This document shows, one piece after another, positions 63,561 through 64,000 of a stretch of DNA of 64,000 nt. The position numbers and the translations under genes are program-made. This DNA comes from a virus (Duplodnaviria; Caudoviricetes). The first letter of the stretch is position 1. Every line of letters begins with the position of its first letter. The DNA is taken from positions 1 through 64,000 of IMG/VR virus record IMGVR_UViG_3300012020_000004. The stretch is one strand, 5' to 3'. The notes under the pieces were generated by a model. The model searched no databases, had not been told where the DNA came from, and worked only from the letters and a program-made list of their open reading frames with translations.

Positions 63561-64000
63561 TTGGAGAACTCCTTCTTCACGGTTTCCAGCACCTGGGCAG
63601 CGATGCTCAGATGGGCCTTATCCTTCGCCTGCTTCACCATCTCCTCGATGTCGCGCTTGACTTGCTGATGGAACATAGCCTCGTACACCTGCTTTACCAC
63701 ATACTCGTGGCGAGGCACCTTCTCGCCGTAGCTGCTGCCAGTGCGCCCGTCGCTTCCCACCTTTTCGGTCAGGAACGTCTCCGCCTTCTTGGCCAGCACG
63801 CCCATGACTGTGGTTGGCTCACCCACAGGGCTGCCGAACACGTCCATTGGTTGGAACACGCGAGTCACGACATCGGCGAGGATCTCGTTGACCTTGGCTT
63901 CGATGGCCTTGGTCATGAGCTTGTCGAACTCTTGGCGGTGCTCCCGCCCCAAGCGTTCTACATACTGGGCTGCCGCCCGCTCCACGATCTCTTCAAGGAC
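63557..64000 (-). CDS. Hypothetical protein, 5' end beyond the window
   Basis: Open frame running to the window edge. Confidence 0.7.
   Translation of the reverse strand, partial: VLEEIVERAAAQYVERLGREHRQEFDKLMTKAIEAKVNEILADVVTRVFQPMDVFGSPVGEPTTVMGVLAKKAETFLTEKVGSDGRTGSSYGEKVPRHEYVVKQVYEAMFHQQVKRDIEEMVKQAKDKAHLSIAAQVLETVKKEFSK

Overview
This window is 64 kb of a tailed dsDNA phage (siphovirus-type) genome that continues past at least the right edge; the host is probably a high-GC proteobacterium. It has two arms. The + strand (1758-33948) carries small regulators, terminase, PhoH, an inserted lectin/beta-propeller pair, portal, lysis genes, S49 protease, capsid, head-tail genes, tail tube, a frameshifting chaperone, the tape measure and a D3112/YuA-type tail tip. 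The - strand (34081-64000 and 306-1178) carries ThyX, dCMP deaminase, an SbcCD-like pair, ligase, resolvase, Pol I, TraR/DksA, dNMP kinase, MazG-like and exonuclease genes, primase-helicase, SNF2 helicase, three tRNAs and many small early genes. The arms diverge at a non-coding region (about 1180-1750) with DnaA boxes. Six free-standing homing endonucleases are present. No integrase, CRISPR array, reverse transcriptase or DNA-hypermodification cluster is visible. The strongest novel candidates are: an intergenic rod-shaped RNA of about 155-175 nt with 6S-RNA-like features next to the tRNAs (50181-50356); a moron-like lectin/propeller cassette with its own promoter and terminator (7230-10427); a 20-bp gene-junction repeat linking early genes (58205-58624); a remnant of a displaced thyX on an HNH gene; and a repeated TAARCNNNGYTTA site at late promoters. 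All annotations come from motif recognition by eye; no database searches or folding programs were run.
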